Shown: piece after piece, positions 36,612 through 49,199 of the stretch
Position numbering within the stretch: position 1 is the stretch's first letter
Layout: each line of letters begins with the position of its first letter
Origin: Raillietiella orientalis
Lineage: Eukaryota
Assembly: GCA_036172245.1 (NCBI GenBank)
Contig: JAYWIR010000014.1
Location: 2,232,001 to 2,296,000, forward strand
DNA: 64,000 nucleotides
Direction: 5' to 3'
The notes under the pieces: generated by a model
Database searches by the model: none
Told to the model about the DNA's origin: nothing
The model's input: only the letters and a program-made list of their open reading frames with translations
Program-made: the position numbers and the translations under genes

Positions 36612-38850
36612 ATGTCTTATACTAAAACATTCTTCTTTCTTCAAAGGTGGAAGAGTCTTTGGATTTGGTTACACCCCCACAAGGATCGCAATCATCGAAG
36701 ACAATCTTCACATTGGAACACAATTAGAACAGTAGGATGTGACATAATGCCAATAACTGAGATTGGGGCAACAAGACCGAAATGTGTGCTCCAGAACGGA
36801 TGGCACGAGAAGGCAGTGCTACCGGCTGTGCTCTCGTTGACCCGCCCAAGACACAAGACTTGGGCTAGGCTGAGTTGCTTCAGACGGGAGCAAAGACAGT
36901 GCCAGGGAAACCTGCCAGTGACCAGACGCAGCTGGCGAGCACGTCTGCAAATCAGCAAGAAATAATGTTGCCATCGTTCGCAATGCAGCGTCCACTTTTG
37001 GAGAAAGTGCGAATGGAACGCGACTCGAATTTCGCCATCAGTGTGTGGCCTCTGTGTGCCAGAGACAACCCATGACCGGAACGCAGCCATCGAAATGAAG
37101 GAAAAAGTTCCTACGGAACCGAGTTCTCGTCGCAACAGGTGTCCAGTTTCCAGGAGATGGGAGCTGCGCAGTCACACCTGTACCAGAATTCTCTGTGGAA
37201 CTGTGAGAAAGGACAGCCTTTGAGGAGAATCTCCGACAGCTCGCTCGCACACAATGAAAATTCATCTTGGATTGTAGAAAGTACAAGCATGGATGAAGAT
37301 GAGTGAATCTGTCCTGCCTTACGTAAAGGGAGGTCGGCTTTCATCGTCGTACCTGTCCTCATCCTTGTTTTCAGGACCTTCCTTACTCCAGTCAGCTAAT
37401 TCTTCCCTAAAATCTTGCTCATCGGTGCCGATTAGATCACATGACGCTTCTTTGATTTGCTTGGCGATCGATCGCTCCAAAAGTTTTGATCCAACATCCC
37501 CTGGACAGCTTGGGAACCCTCCAAACGACCATAGTCGAGTCGCCAGAAGAAAAATCAAAGCAACCAGCCTTTAGTCCCTGGCCAGGACGAGACAACTAGC
37601 AATGGGGTTCGCACAATGGCGGAAGCTCTCAGCGCCGAACAAAAGTTGGAGACGAACCGCAGAAGAGAACTCCTATGGCAAGGTCTTCACCTCAGCGGGG
37701 AATTGTTCGGTGGTGGAGGAACTTTTGATCTCGTTGCAGAACTCGCTCTCTATCCTCTTTAGCAGTTGGCTTAGTCACACATAATTCTCTCTGGCACGAA
37801 TCATAAATACCCAAGTTCTTGTGTATCCATGGAGTGCAGACATGGGAATTCTTCTCTTCAGGGGAAAGCAATTTGGAAGAATGTCAACAGCAACGTGAGG
37901 TCGGTTTCGTCGGTGATTTCGAATGCGATGAGCACAGCTTCTGCCTTTTCTTCAGCTGCAAAGGATCTCAGCCTCGAGCCGACAACTGGTAAGCTGGTAG
38001 CAACGGAACTCCATCCCAGTAGGTGTTCCTTTCGAGTCCCAAGGTCACTGAGCTCAAGAGCTAATGTGGTGCATACGAATCATGTCGATCCGCATCTTCG
38101 ACCAACTTGCTTGTTGCTGTCGTATTCTTAGTATCACAGGAGGGCTGCGCCGTGCTGTTGGCCCCTTGAGGACTGTTTGTTTGTTACTGAATGACGTGCC
38201 TCACATGCTGCCCTCTGGGCAAATTCTTCCTGACAAGCTCAAGATTCGCGTCAGCGCAAACAGCGAATTTGGGCCTCATCCTATGAATCGGAACTTGAGG
38301 TTTCGTCGCTCTTCGCGTCATGCAAGCTCTGTGAGCCGGAAAGAACAATCTGGCTGAGTTCGATTTTCTGAGGCCCATGGATCCTGCTTGAAGAAGAAGA
38401 CTGATCAAAGGTATATGGGCACCTTGCAAAGGCTCAGAGCCTCTTCCAACACCGAGGAGAAAGTTCCCGAGACTGGGGACTGTTTCCAGGGCAGCGTTCC
38501 CGTCTGCGGCTGCTCGTCTCCTAGCCGCGGAGGGCATCTTCGGCTCACGTATGCAAAGCAGCCATCCGTTGCAGTGGTTCCTCCAACAGGTTTTCTTGTG
38601 GAAGCTTTCTCCCAGGGAAGGTTCCAGGAAACACCTTTCTGTTACCGGATCTTGCGGCTCGGTGCACCGTTTGTCGGTCCAAGTGCATAAAAAGAAAAAG
38701 ACTGAGCGTTGGGAATAGGAAAGAGGCGTGGAACTCTTTCTTTTGGACGAACCTAGAACCGCCCAATACACAATTCACATGGTTCCAATTCTGCCGTCTG
38801 CGACACCTTTCGAATGACTTCAGAGGAAGGGTGCCCACGAACTGAACCCA
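36612..38850 (-). mobile_element. Decayed LINE ORF2 (linker, RT, C-terminus)
   Basis: RRRQNW...KEFHAS (RSR.NW...FFHA), AADG, LISLLLQAG, EYDS (KAYD), and LEHTFRSC near the 3' end. Confidence 0.5.
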
Positions 38851-40722
38851 AAGTGACGGGTCCTTGCTTCACTCAGGGGGTGCAGGCGGCTCACCAAGAG
38901 AAATCTGTAGACGACGGAGCGAAACGAATGGCGAAGGAGAGTCTCCCGGACTGACCAAACCGATCCATTCGTTTGATTCATGCAGGGACCAGCAGTCTCG
39001 GAGAACGCGCGACCTTCACGGGGCCGTGGCGCGGGATGCGAATTTCCCGCACTGCATCATCCTGGACCATTCTTCTCAATGAAGACACCACACTTCCCAT
39101 TCCGCATCTTTTTCTTTTCGGGATCCACTCCTCTGCACCCCTCTCGTCCTCTTTCGTTGAGAGCCCGTCGCTGCTCTCGTCCGTGTTCCTCTTCCAGTTC
39201 TGCGTACCGGATGGAAATACCTTGAGTCCAGTTGACGGCCTCTCTCGCACCATTCTTGAGCTGTAGCCCACGTCTCTTCTCTTTGAAGCTGTCAACATCG
39301 ACAGTTCTCAGTGAACCCCTATTGTAATAATTCTCTGGGTGTGCGCAATCGGTGTCGTACGATCCTGTACACATGTACGCTCTCTTTCTACTTCTGGACG
39401 TATGTATTCAGATCACGGTCCAGAAAGAACAGACCACAGGTCGCTAGGCTGGAAGGCAGAATGCGGGAGCAGTGAAACTCCATGTTACATATAGAGAGAC
39501 AGATCCAATAACAGGTGGTGGCAATCAAGTTATAGGAGTTTTTTTCTCCACTTTTTGAGATGCTCTCTCCCTCATTCGCACTTTCCTTGCAGCGGAGGAC
39601 ACACTTTTTGCATGTCCTTTCTCCTCGAGGAGGAAACAGAAACACAGCCCCGGGAGGTCGAGATAAAGGACCATCGGTTTACATTGGTGAGAGATGAGTT
39701 CCTCCTCTTTTATTCAGCAGTTTGGGACAGTGGAAGGACGCGCACCCGGCAGCCAATGCCTCCTCCCAAGTGACTGCTCTCGGATGGCCTCACACCGCGC
39801 TCCCTCGCAAAATTTCCCGGAAGGTGATCACCATCGCATCGGGTGCGGGAGGGAGGAGCCTCAGCGCGCGCGCGCACCCCCGCGAGGAACAGGAACAGGA
39901 ATGGGGTAATCGGCAGACTCTTGTAATCGAGCAGCTAAGAGCACCAAATAACCTATCAGAGGATGCACATAACTCTGGCTCAATTTCCATCTTTCGTCGT
40001 GCGGAATCTCCCGGTGTCCTGCCCCAGGAAAGGAAATTGAAAATCACGCACATCAATTCCTTGTGCGTCAAGGCTGACAGGAAGCAAATTGAACTGCAGC
40101 CTAATAAATTCCGTACTCCGCCGTTGGCCGATGTGGGAACTGCAAGGGAAATTTTTTTTTTTTCTTGTCTGTCTGCGTGTGTAGGTGTTTGTGTGTGTGT
40201 GTTAGTTAAATCGCATCCATGTAATGCACCGTGGAGGACATCGCTCTCGAGAAAATCTCCACCGGCAACTTGGAATTCAGGAATTAAATCTTGAGGGTCT
40301 GCCCGGATGAGGTCATATAGACGGATTGCAGGTGATGATGCGAGTCCTTAGGGTGGAGTAGCGGAAAAGGGGAGGAGGAAGGGGACAAAGCATTGAATAT
40401 CCTTTTGAAGGAGCAGTCTTCTCGCCATTCGGATTACGTGTCTCTGGAAGCGACCTCATAGAGTCGTTTCTCTGCACTCGAGAGTCTCGCGTACTGAAAG
40501 CCTGACCGGTACCACGACTCGAGAACTGGCAGTAGAAAATCCATTAGAAAAACCCCATGGCTCCCCCCTGACCCGGGAGGGCAGACGGTTCACTTCCCAG
40601 ATCACGGAGGAGACCTACCCCGGAGTAGGGAAAAGGGGAAAGGCCAGTGATGCCTGCAAAGCCCGTCTGGGGCGTGCGCGACCATTCCAGCGTGCGGCCG
40701 GAACTTCCGCCATTTGGCTTAT

Positions 40723-41459
40723 CACCCGGTCACGCTGGGAAGTTTATTATAAAAAAAATAAACGTACGTGTGGAAGGCTATCGCCCCTACATTGTCCGAA
40801 AATGCTCGGAAACTGCCGAGTAACCGGCACGCAGGACGGCGAGGTTCGCCTCGGCAGCGGAGGAGGAGGGGCAAACAAAAAGGAAAATAAAACAAAAAAA
40901 TATATTCAAAAAATTGGGAGGGCTAGAGAAGGGATCACTGGGATCTGGAGGGCGTCCTCTGCATCCTTTCCAGGATGCCGGCAAGCTCCATCCGAGTATG
41001 CCCCAGGTGGGACCATCTTGTTGCCGTCCACAGGAAGCGCAGGGCGAAGCAGGTGGCGTCCCTATCACGCCGTCCTCCTCTCGCGTAGCTCCAGGCCGCC
41101 GCAATCCCACGTAGGCAGAAAAGAGCTGCTAGGGATGCGGCAGGCGAAAGGGCGTCGCGCACGAAAAGGGGCCTCATCACGTCCCTGGGATTGTCCGTCG
41201 GTGCACCAAGGACGGTTGCGAAACGCAACCACAGGGGCCGAAGGGCAACACAAGTCTACAAGAAGATGAGGGTGGGGATTCCCGTTCCCCGCACCTGCAG
41301 CAGTTGGAATTCACAGCCCCCCGGGTCCAGTGAGACCGGCGGGCAGCGTTGCACGGGTGGTCCCAGTGCAACAGCAGAAGTGCCGACTCCTGCCACTTCA
41401 GGGGGACGGTCCGGTTTTCTTCAGCGCTGGGGGCCACTCGAGGTCTTCTTGTAGGATTC
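40723..41459 (-). mobile_element. Family X LINE 3' end, copy X2 (5'-truncated)
   Basis: Reverse complement of 4242-4979. The ORF track gives almost identical peptides for the two copies. Confidence 0.85.
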
Positions 41460-41468
41460 TCAGTAGGA

Positions 41469-41603
41469 ATTTGGGGAACCCCGCAGGGAGATGACGCTCG
41501 AAGTCTGACCTCGGAGAGAGTCGACCTCAGCTTCCTTCAAGCCGCCGACTCGACCTCCACCGCCGGAAGATTTCGCTGTCCCTTCAGCAGAGTGAAAACG
41601 GGA
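41469..41603. repeat. ~135-bp segment with a diverged inverted copy at 45103-45236
   Basis: Shared TCCCGTTTTCACTC..GAAGGGG..CAGCGAAATCTTCCGG..GGAGGTC..GCTTGAAGGA..CTCTCCGAG..CCCCAAAT. Confidence 0.85.
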
Positions 41604-42169
41604 GCTGTTGCTGAAGCATTCATATCCAGAAGACAATCCCGAGGCACGAAATGCAACATCCTGCGTGCTTTTCGTTTTATGAGATGCCACGCCCTGCCTG
41701 CCGGTGCAGGAGCTCTCGGAGTGCTCATCTCGCGGAGCTGCAGGGAGAGATCGCGTGACGAGCTTCCGTGGGAGCGGGAAGTACGAAAAATGAAAAATTT
41801 ATAATGAGCAAAGGCACGGTGTGTTTGATGCGTCACGAGGTTTCCATGGAAACCATCTCGACACAATTCCGCGGGTGAAACGGCGGAAGGAGGGGAACGA
41901 GCGGATCATGCAGTTCACGAAATGAGGGAAGGCAGCAGGAATCTTTCTCTTTTCCTGAACTCATTCCTTCCTCTCTTTTTTTTTTTTTTTTTTTTTTTAG
42001 AGAAAAGAAACTTTTGCCTTTTAAACAAAACCGAGAACTCTGCTCCCTAATGCTCCCTGTTTCCCTGGAGATCTGGACTCCCAAGGTCTTTCCCATGAAA
42101 CAGGATACTTTTAGTCGAGATGGCACGTCTTTCCTCTTTACCAGCCTGTTCTGGTCACATCTCATCAGT

Positions 42170-44139
42170 CATGGAATTTCTGATGCTGCAAGATAAACCA
42201 CGGACGCCGGATGCTGGAATCTGAGGGACGCTTTCCCATCCTCTGTCGCTTCGGTCTTCTGAGGCTACGCGCGACGGAGGGGATCCGAAGGAGAGGGTAC
42301 CTGCAGGGAACTCCACGGAGCACCGGCTCGAAGTGCGAAGTCCCGACGGTCAAGCTGGCTTGAGGAGATTCGGATCTGTTTGAGGGGAGTGTTGTTCTCG
42401 GGGGCAGCTGCCCCTCGGCTTGTTCAGAGGCAAGCAGACCACGCCTCGCGTCCGGGATTCCCGGACCGTTTATCTGAAACGGGTAAAGATCTTGGCAGCA
42501 AAGGACAAGGGATGGACGGATGTCTGCCCGGAACGGAAGGACTCTAACCGTACTGGAGAGGGAAGTAGGCAGAGAGGAGAGGAATAAAAGCGAGGACCGA
42601 TAAGTGAATGAGCAGAGACGAGGGGTGAAATAGACCAGCCTCGTGCTTGAAAAGCGCCGCCCCGAGGGCCTTCGTCGCGAGGAAACTCTGGGATCTGATG
42701 GCCCGCTTGACCTCTCGCAGTGCACGCCCCTACCAAAGACTTTCCGCAGTAAGGGCAGAGGCGGCGGTGATTGCATTCGCACGCCTCTCTCACCCTAGAG
42801 ACCACCCCTGTCCACACCTGGAAGAAGCTTTCCAGAGCCAAGGCAACCTGGAGAGGTGAGCGCTCGCCCAAACGGGTCCAGAGAAGCGCTCCGCCCAAGC
42901 ACAGCGCTTCCGCGATGCAGCATCCCATCCCTGACGCACAGTTTCCGGTGCATTACAAGAGCGCGTGCGGAAGACTCCCGTCTTCCTGCAGTGGGTGCAT
43001 TCCCTGAGGATCCTTTCCGCGGAAAGGTGGTCACACTCTAGATGGATCTCCGCGACGCAGAAACAGGGAGGAGCGCTGTCTGAGGCAGAGGACAGAGGCA
43101 TCCATCAAGAAGCGCGAGACCCCGGACTTTCTCGCACCCTCGGGTCGCGGGAGGAAGGTCGAGCAGCGAAGCGACGCCCAGGAAGGCGGCCGAATTCAGG
43201 CTGCCTTCCTGGGTGATGCGGCGGCCGTACTACAGCACGGCAAGAGCAGGAAACCACGAGCAGCAGGGCGCTCGTCCTCTTGGAGCTAGCAATCACAGCA
43301 GTCAACTGGCGGGGTGGAAGCTGTGCTGAAGAATTGCAGGAGTCGAGGGACTCCCCGACAACTGCAAGACGAGATGGTTGATGGACGCCGCAACTCCTCG
43401 TTTCCGGGTGAAGGGGCGACCTCGGTGAAGAAAGCTGCTTTTTGAGCCCCCGAAGAAGTCGTGGTCCCTCCCTTCCTTGCGTGCGGGCACCTCCGTGTTC
43501 CCAGTCCGTTGCAAACGGGACGCTCTGCTGTTTGCGCACTGAGGGATTTCAGTGCAATCAGAGCGGGCGCCTGTTTTCCGGAGCAGTTGCCTCCCCGAAC
43601 TGTTTGGGGTGCGGGGCGATAGAATCGTTCCCGCACCTCCCGTTGGACTGCGTGGACATTTGGAGGAGACTGGTTTGGGTGGTCCGCCACCCAGAGGAAA
43701 CCGCATCGGACTTGTTGCGGCGACGCTTCTTCATTCCTGGCGGGCTGAATGCGGCGAAGCGATCGCAATCATCTGTTGCATCCGCGCCATGGTAACAGTC
43801 CGTCTGTGTTGGAGTCTCGTTCGTAGCGAAGGAAAGTCACCAGCATGGCAGCCGCCTTGATGAGGACGGCTGCAAGGTGGCCCTCCTGCCAGAAGAGGTC
43901 ATCGGTGAGATCGCGACCTCTAGGAAGAAAGGAACGAATGAAACCAAAGTCTCCTGTCCCTACTCTCCCGTCTTTTTTTCATTTATTTATTGCCCTTTCC
44001 CTCCGTCCCTTACTTTTTTAGAAGCCGACCTGCACGCCGGTGGTCATTTCCAATGAACTTCCGTTTTTCTTTTTTATCCGTCCCTTGTATTCGGGAGACT
44101 CCGTTCTCCTCTGACCAGTGGTTTCTTGTTTCAAATAAA
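42170..44139 (+). mobile_element. LINE family Y 3' portion (zf-RVT plus 3' UTR)
   Basis: GWTDVCPERK (W..VC.PK) and the knuckle GAVASPNCLGCGAIESFPHLPLDCVDIW at ~43575-43665. The pyrimidine-rich UTR ends in AATAAA at 44134-44139. Confidence 0.75.
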
Positions 44140-44149
44140 CACTCTGAAG

Positions 44150-44770
44150 TCACTGGATGAAAACGTCAGAGCTCGCTCATGGTGAGGGCTCTGGCTCCAG
44201 CACCGTGCGCAAGCGAATCCCTAACACGTGCAGAGACGTGTGGAGCATGGAGTCCGCGACCTGTACCCGGACTATGACTGCCCTCCATGGATCTCCCAGG
44301 CTCGATGCTTCGGAGGAACTTGAAAAAAGAACTCTACAGACTTGAGTGGAGGCGGCGATGAGGGACGTTCGGAGGAACCCGCGACCCGGAATGCGCAGTC
44401 GCCGAAGATGACGTGGAGCCATCGGATAATGACGCCACGGTCCCCTGTACACAGCTGGATGTGTGCCACAGTTTTTCTCAATGTACCAAACACGCCAACT
44501 CCGATTGTCCCTTCAGTTCTGACACCCGGCCGAGGAACTCTCAGGAAGAGGGAGGGAACACGGTGTGTCTGATAGAGCAAAACTTGCAATGGCGACACCA
44601 GGAATTCCATTGTCGCGACGGAGGGAGGGCAGGAGGGAGGAGCGCCGCAGATGAAGAATGGCGTGTTCCTCTCCTCCTGGTTCGAATTCTCTTCGAACTG
44701 ACTGAGAGGAATCCTGAATTAGCAAGCACTTGGTTCCTCACGTTCCCGTGTGATTTCGCCTGCGCTCTTT
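44150..44770 (-). mobile_element. Decayed LINE endonuclease
   Basis: HGNVRN, VLLYQTH (LQETH), GTIGVGVF, GDRGVII and GDPW in APE order. Confidence 0.45.
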
Positions 44771-45299
44771 GACAGCTTAATGGCCTCCATGCGTGCACCA
44801 ATCGCCGCAGGACCTACAGAACAGGAAATTGTGCATCCCTCTAGGAAGAACAAGAGTCTTAAATTACCAGTAAATGCTTCTGAAGCAAGTGAAGGAAATC
44901 TAGAAACGGTGCGGGTCCCGAGGCCCATCGAAAACTCCCGTCCTTAATGGCAGTCGAGTGGACGGACGTCAATGCGTGCAGGGGAAACGGATGGGACTCC
45001 GTGGAAAAAGTAGGGAAGATGTGGGAGAGCATGGGAAGATTCTGCAGCACCGATGAAAGTTCATGAAGCATAGACTTTGGTGAAAGCCCATGGTTGCTGC
45101 TGTCCCGTTTTCACTCAGCCGAAGGGGCAGCGAAATCTTCCGGTAGCGGAGGTCTAGTCAACAGCTTGAAGGAGCCTGAGATTGACACTCTCCGAGAATA
45201 GCTTCGTGCATCGCCTCCTCGAGGGACTCCCCAAATCGCGGAAGTTTCAGCTTCACGCTGGAATGATCGCAGGCATCACTGGACTGTTCCCCTCTCCCT

Positions 45300-48200
45300 G
45301 CTCGGGAGAAGCTGCGTCACCGACGAAAACGAACCGTTCTCAGCAGAGAAAGAGAAAGAGAAGAAGCGACTGTGAGTCGAGAACCAGACGCAGCAATGAA
45401 TTTCTTTCGCATCGAGCTATGGAACAAGAACAGGGAATCAGAGAAGCGGATTTGGTAATCCTGAAGAGAATGGCGAGAGAAGGAGTTGGGATGTGTGGTA
45501 AGATGAGGATCAACAGGCACTTGCAAATCGAAGCCAAAGATGGCTTCTGGCCAAAGGTCGCACTTGGGAAGTGGCAAGGATATCTTTTTTTCGACTACAT
45601 CCATCCATCCGATGAGACCTTGAGCAAATCCGGGATCAGAGAAAATTCGTCTTCTTGGAAGTGCTCCTTGGTCTATTTTTGCTGGGAGCATCGCTCATGC
45701 GTCTCAGATCGAGGGGCATCAGCCTTCCCGAGAGACGCGAATTTGCGCTCATCATATCATTCCCCTAGTCTCTGTATTTCGTCCAGTGGACCAAGGTTCC
45801 ATCCTCTGGTAAGAAGTCCGCAACTGCGCCCGACCTAAGACTGACACGAGCGGACGGATTTCAGTCGGTTCGGCTCGTTCCCCGGGAAGAGGGGAAAAAG
45901 GAGAGAAAAGAAGGCGGATGATGTCGAGAAGGCCAAGCCGAGTACCTATTGTTCGGTAGGTTAGAGTCGACCTTGTAGATCTGGATCAGTGCCCATCTTT
46001 GCAGCACTTTCTGGAATCCTGGAAACCACTTCCTCCTCTGCCATTATCATCCTGGCCCTTTCAGTTAACCGCGGGGTTCACTTCGCTGATATGCAAAGTG
46101 CGCGAGGATTTATAATTGCCGGAAGGTTGCTGCCACGTCCTATCATTCAGCTCAATCTCTTGCTCTGGTACCACTCATCAGGATTTAATCATCGGCAAGT
46201 TCCGCCATCTTCAGCTCCAGAAATCTCAACACATCTGGTTTCCCTGCGGCGTACCCGACAGGACACACGCTTTAGTTCCCTCCTACTACTACCCATTACC
46301 ACTTCTCGGACTGCCATTCCTCAATTGAGTTGCTTGAGCAAAGATGCACACGTTAGTTTAGGAGCCAATCTCGTGCTTTGCAGATGACTGTTGACCACTC
46401 TGGACATCTTGGATTCCCATTGTTCCATCGCTTGCTAGTGGTAGTGAGCCAGCCAACACCGAGGGCCAACTCGAGTATCCAGAGGACCTGAACGGAGGGT
46501 TTGATGGTCACACTCGGTGTTGTCTGTCCACGAGAACACCCCAAGACGGCGCTGGTGGAAACGCGGCAAAGGAAGGAGAGCAAGTGGACTATGAAGGGTC
46601 GTCTCCCTTCTACCTCCAGGGTCGTACCAACTTTGGTGAGGACGTTGATGGTAGGAGGGAGAGCTGGGAGACCTGGGAGACCCGAGGAATGGCAAGGTGT
46701 GACCAGAGACTCGAAATTCTCTTCCGCAGCAGGAAACTCGAAGCGGAGGCTCCTCGATGCAGTACAGTCGAGACATGCCCTGGAGCGCAGGTTCCGAGCC
46801 ACCAGCCATAATGAACGATTCTCACGGAATCTGCAGATGCCAAAAGTGTGATTGTTTTTTCTTCTTTGACGTTTTCTTTGGTTTCTCGCATTGAGCATTG
46901 CCTTTGTGTTTCTTCCTAAGACCAAGGTTCCATCTCCTGCTCCCGACCTTAGACTGGCACCAGCAGCTGGAATTCAGTCGGTTTGGTTCGTTCTCCAGGA
47001 AGAGAGAAAAGAGAACAAAAAGACAGCGAATGACATCGAGAACGCCCAGCCGCGTACTGTTCGTTAGGTTAGAGTCGGCCTTGTAAATCTGGATTACCAC
47101 CTCTCGGACAAGTGTGAGTTTTAAGCTGGATGAGAGTGACCAGATGACCAAGGTCGTGGACTGAAGCCTCCTGACCATTTTCATCTGATGCAACAAACTG
47201 TGGATTGAAAATCACTTGAATGATGTGGTCATGAAGACAGAGGTTGAGCTGTCGCCGTGCGCCACTGAGTGTGCACCTAACTTGCTTCAACCATCGCTCT
47301 CGTTTCCAGGAAGCCACCGGCGGTCCTCCGCCCTCTTGCCTCCTCGTTCCTCACCGAGTTCAAAGACCAACCTGGTCCTTGCACTTTTACCAGTAATCGC
47401 CAAAATCAGCGAAGGCGAGGAGAGGACGCTGAACAGAACAGACGAAGGAGCGACTGGCCTCCGAACGATATTCTTGAACGGAGCACCATGAGTCCTATGT
47501 TTCAGCGTTCCTGAAGTCCTCCCTCGGTTATTTCCATTAGCACAACTATCCTCCCAAAATGCCCACTTATCCACCTCTAGTGAACACGGAATCTCAAGAG
47601 CCTTTTAACACCATTTCCTCGACACCCATCAACAAAACTCCCACCACCAGTACGATTGCTCAAAGACGCAGTCATACCACTACAATCGGAAGCAAGGCTC
47701 ATGCAGAAGGGTTACGAAACAAGGGGTGATCCCCAGCCCACCTCACCCTAGAATAACACTCCCCGTTTCCCTCCTTGAAATCAACAACGCCATTCTCGTT
47801 GCGAACCGAAGCACCGGACGCTCCTTGATCCATAGAGCCCAGCCAACAGAGACATCCTCAAAACGTACTCTACAAATAATGAATACCTTATACACCGTTT
47901 CGATACAATCCCACCCTTATAATCACTTACTCTCACGTTCTGCTCGCATTGAGAAGGATCGAATGATCGAATCGCAGCGTCCGCGTGGCTGATCGATCGA
48001 GGAAAGATTTTGGGTGCTGCCTCGTTGCCCTCGTTTCCTGAAAGCCATTGAAGAAATTCTCGTCCTGTCCTTCGAATCTTTCCAGATTGTGGATGATTTC
48101 CAGCGCGTCAACGTGTCGATCGTTTCCTCTGCCCCTAATGAAAATTCCAGGCAGCGTGAATTCTTCCTCGCGGGTCCCCAGAACATTCGAAACTCAAGAT

Positions 48201-49140
48201 TCCCTTTTGTAGGAGTCAGCACTGGCACATCCTGTTGCCTTTCAAGTCATGGGTACTCGAAACCCTCGAAGTGCACCACGCTTCTTGGGTGGCAGGTCCA
48301 GCGATTGCTGCTCCTTTTTGTGCGAAAGTCGATGCGGTGAGGATCCAGGGTGCAACAGGAGCTCATGGATGCAGAGTCGGCTTTCGGAAAGATTCTTCGG
48401 TTGCATCCTTCCTCGCAGCCTCTCGGGTTAGCAGACGAGATTCCATGCAGCATGAGTTGCCCGAGGTCTCCCGTCTTTGGTTCGAATGAATCGGGTGCTG
48501 GGAATCTTTCATGAGTCGTTGACTTCTCGAGTCACCGAGTCACCCGCTGGTGGCACTCGGAGCTTTCACAGGCTGAAGAAGAATGCGCAGAGGAGCGATG
48601 CAGCAGAATTCGACATGAGAAATCCAATTGCCGCGTTCCCCATGCGAGGTCTGATAGGATGTTGAGCCATTTCCAGCGCTGACCACTCTTCTTTTCGTGT
48701 TACAAGGCAACGCAGGAGTTTCTATACGTGAATCCAGGTCCAGGAACAGCTTCTTGCGCGTTGGAATGCATATGCGATCTTCTACTCCGAATCTCCAGTC
48801 CATCGTCCGCAGAGTTTGATTTGGGGTCCGTGCACAACGAGACAAGCGGAGACCGGTGGAGTTTTCCTGCACGGAGACTGCGAGCTCCGGTTAGCCAAAA
48901 AATTCCCGCGGGCCATCATCTCCTCGAGAAGGACGCCTGCCCTGCACTTTCCCCCATGATCCACCTGCTCATTCAGGAGAGGACGAGATGCAAATTCCGT
49001 CCAGGATTGAATCCCAAGACCCACTTGCCACTCAAGGGGAGCTGCGTTTTTTCCCGGAACGCGCCGAGTCCGAACCAGAAATCCTCGGCTCTGACCCGAG
49101 GCGCCGTCCTCTCACTTGCTGCTTGGACACCATGATCTGG
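45300..49140 (-). mobile_element. Near full-length but heavily decayed LINE ORF2
   Basis: Remnants in order over ~3.8 kb: VSKQQVRG, AGVLL, WISHVEFCC (W..GDFN), FVTLLH, RWLKQVRCTLS (GLRQGCPLS), IYKADS (YADD), NRLNS (N..KS), EWSTVICKAR. Confidence 0.6.
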
Positions 49141-49199
49141 TCGTCCTGTTGCATCTCTTCACGTAGCGAAGATGGTCGACGGCACTTGACCAGAACGGA

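Noticed and set aside
4242..41459. A ~37-kb giant transposon, Polinton or endogenous virus bounded by ~740-bp terminal inverted repeats
   Set aside because: The arms encode a LINE ORF2 C-terminus and 3' UTR and have additional diverged relatives at 2.4-3.1 and 28.7 kb. I saw no target-site duplication and no polymerase, capsid, ATPase or transposase ORF inside.
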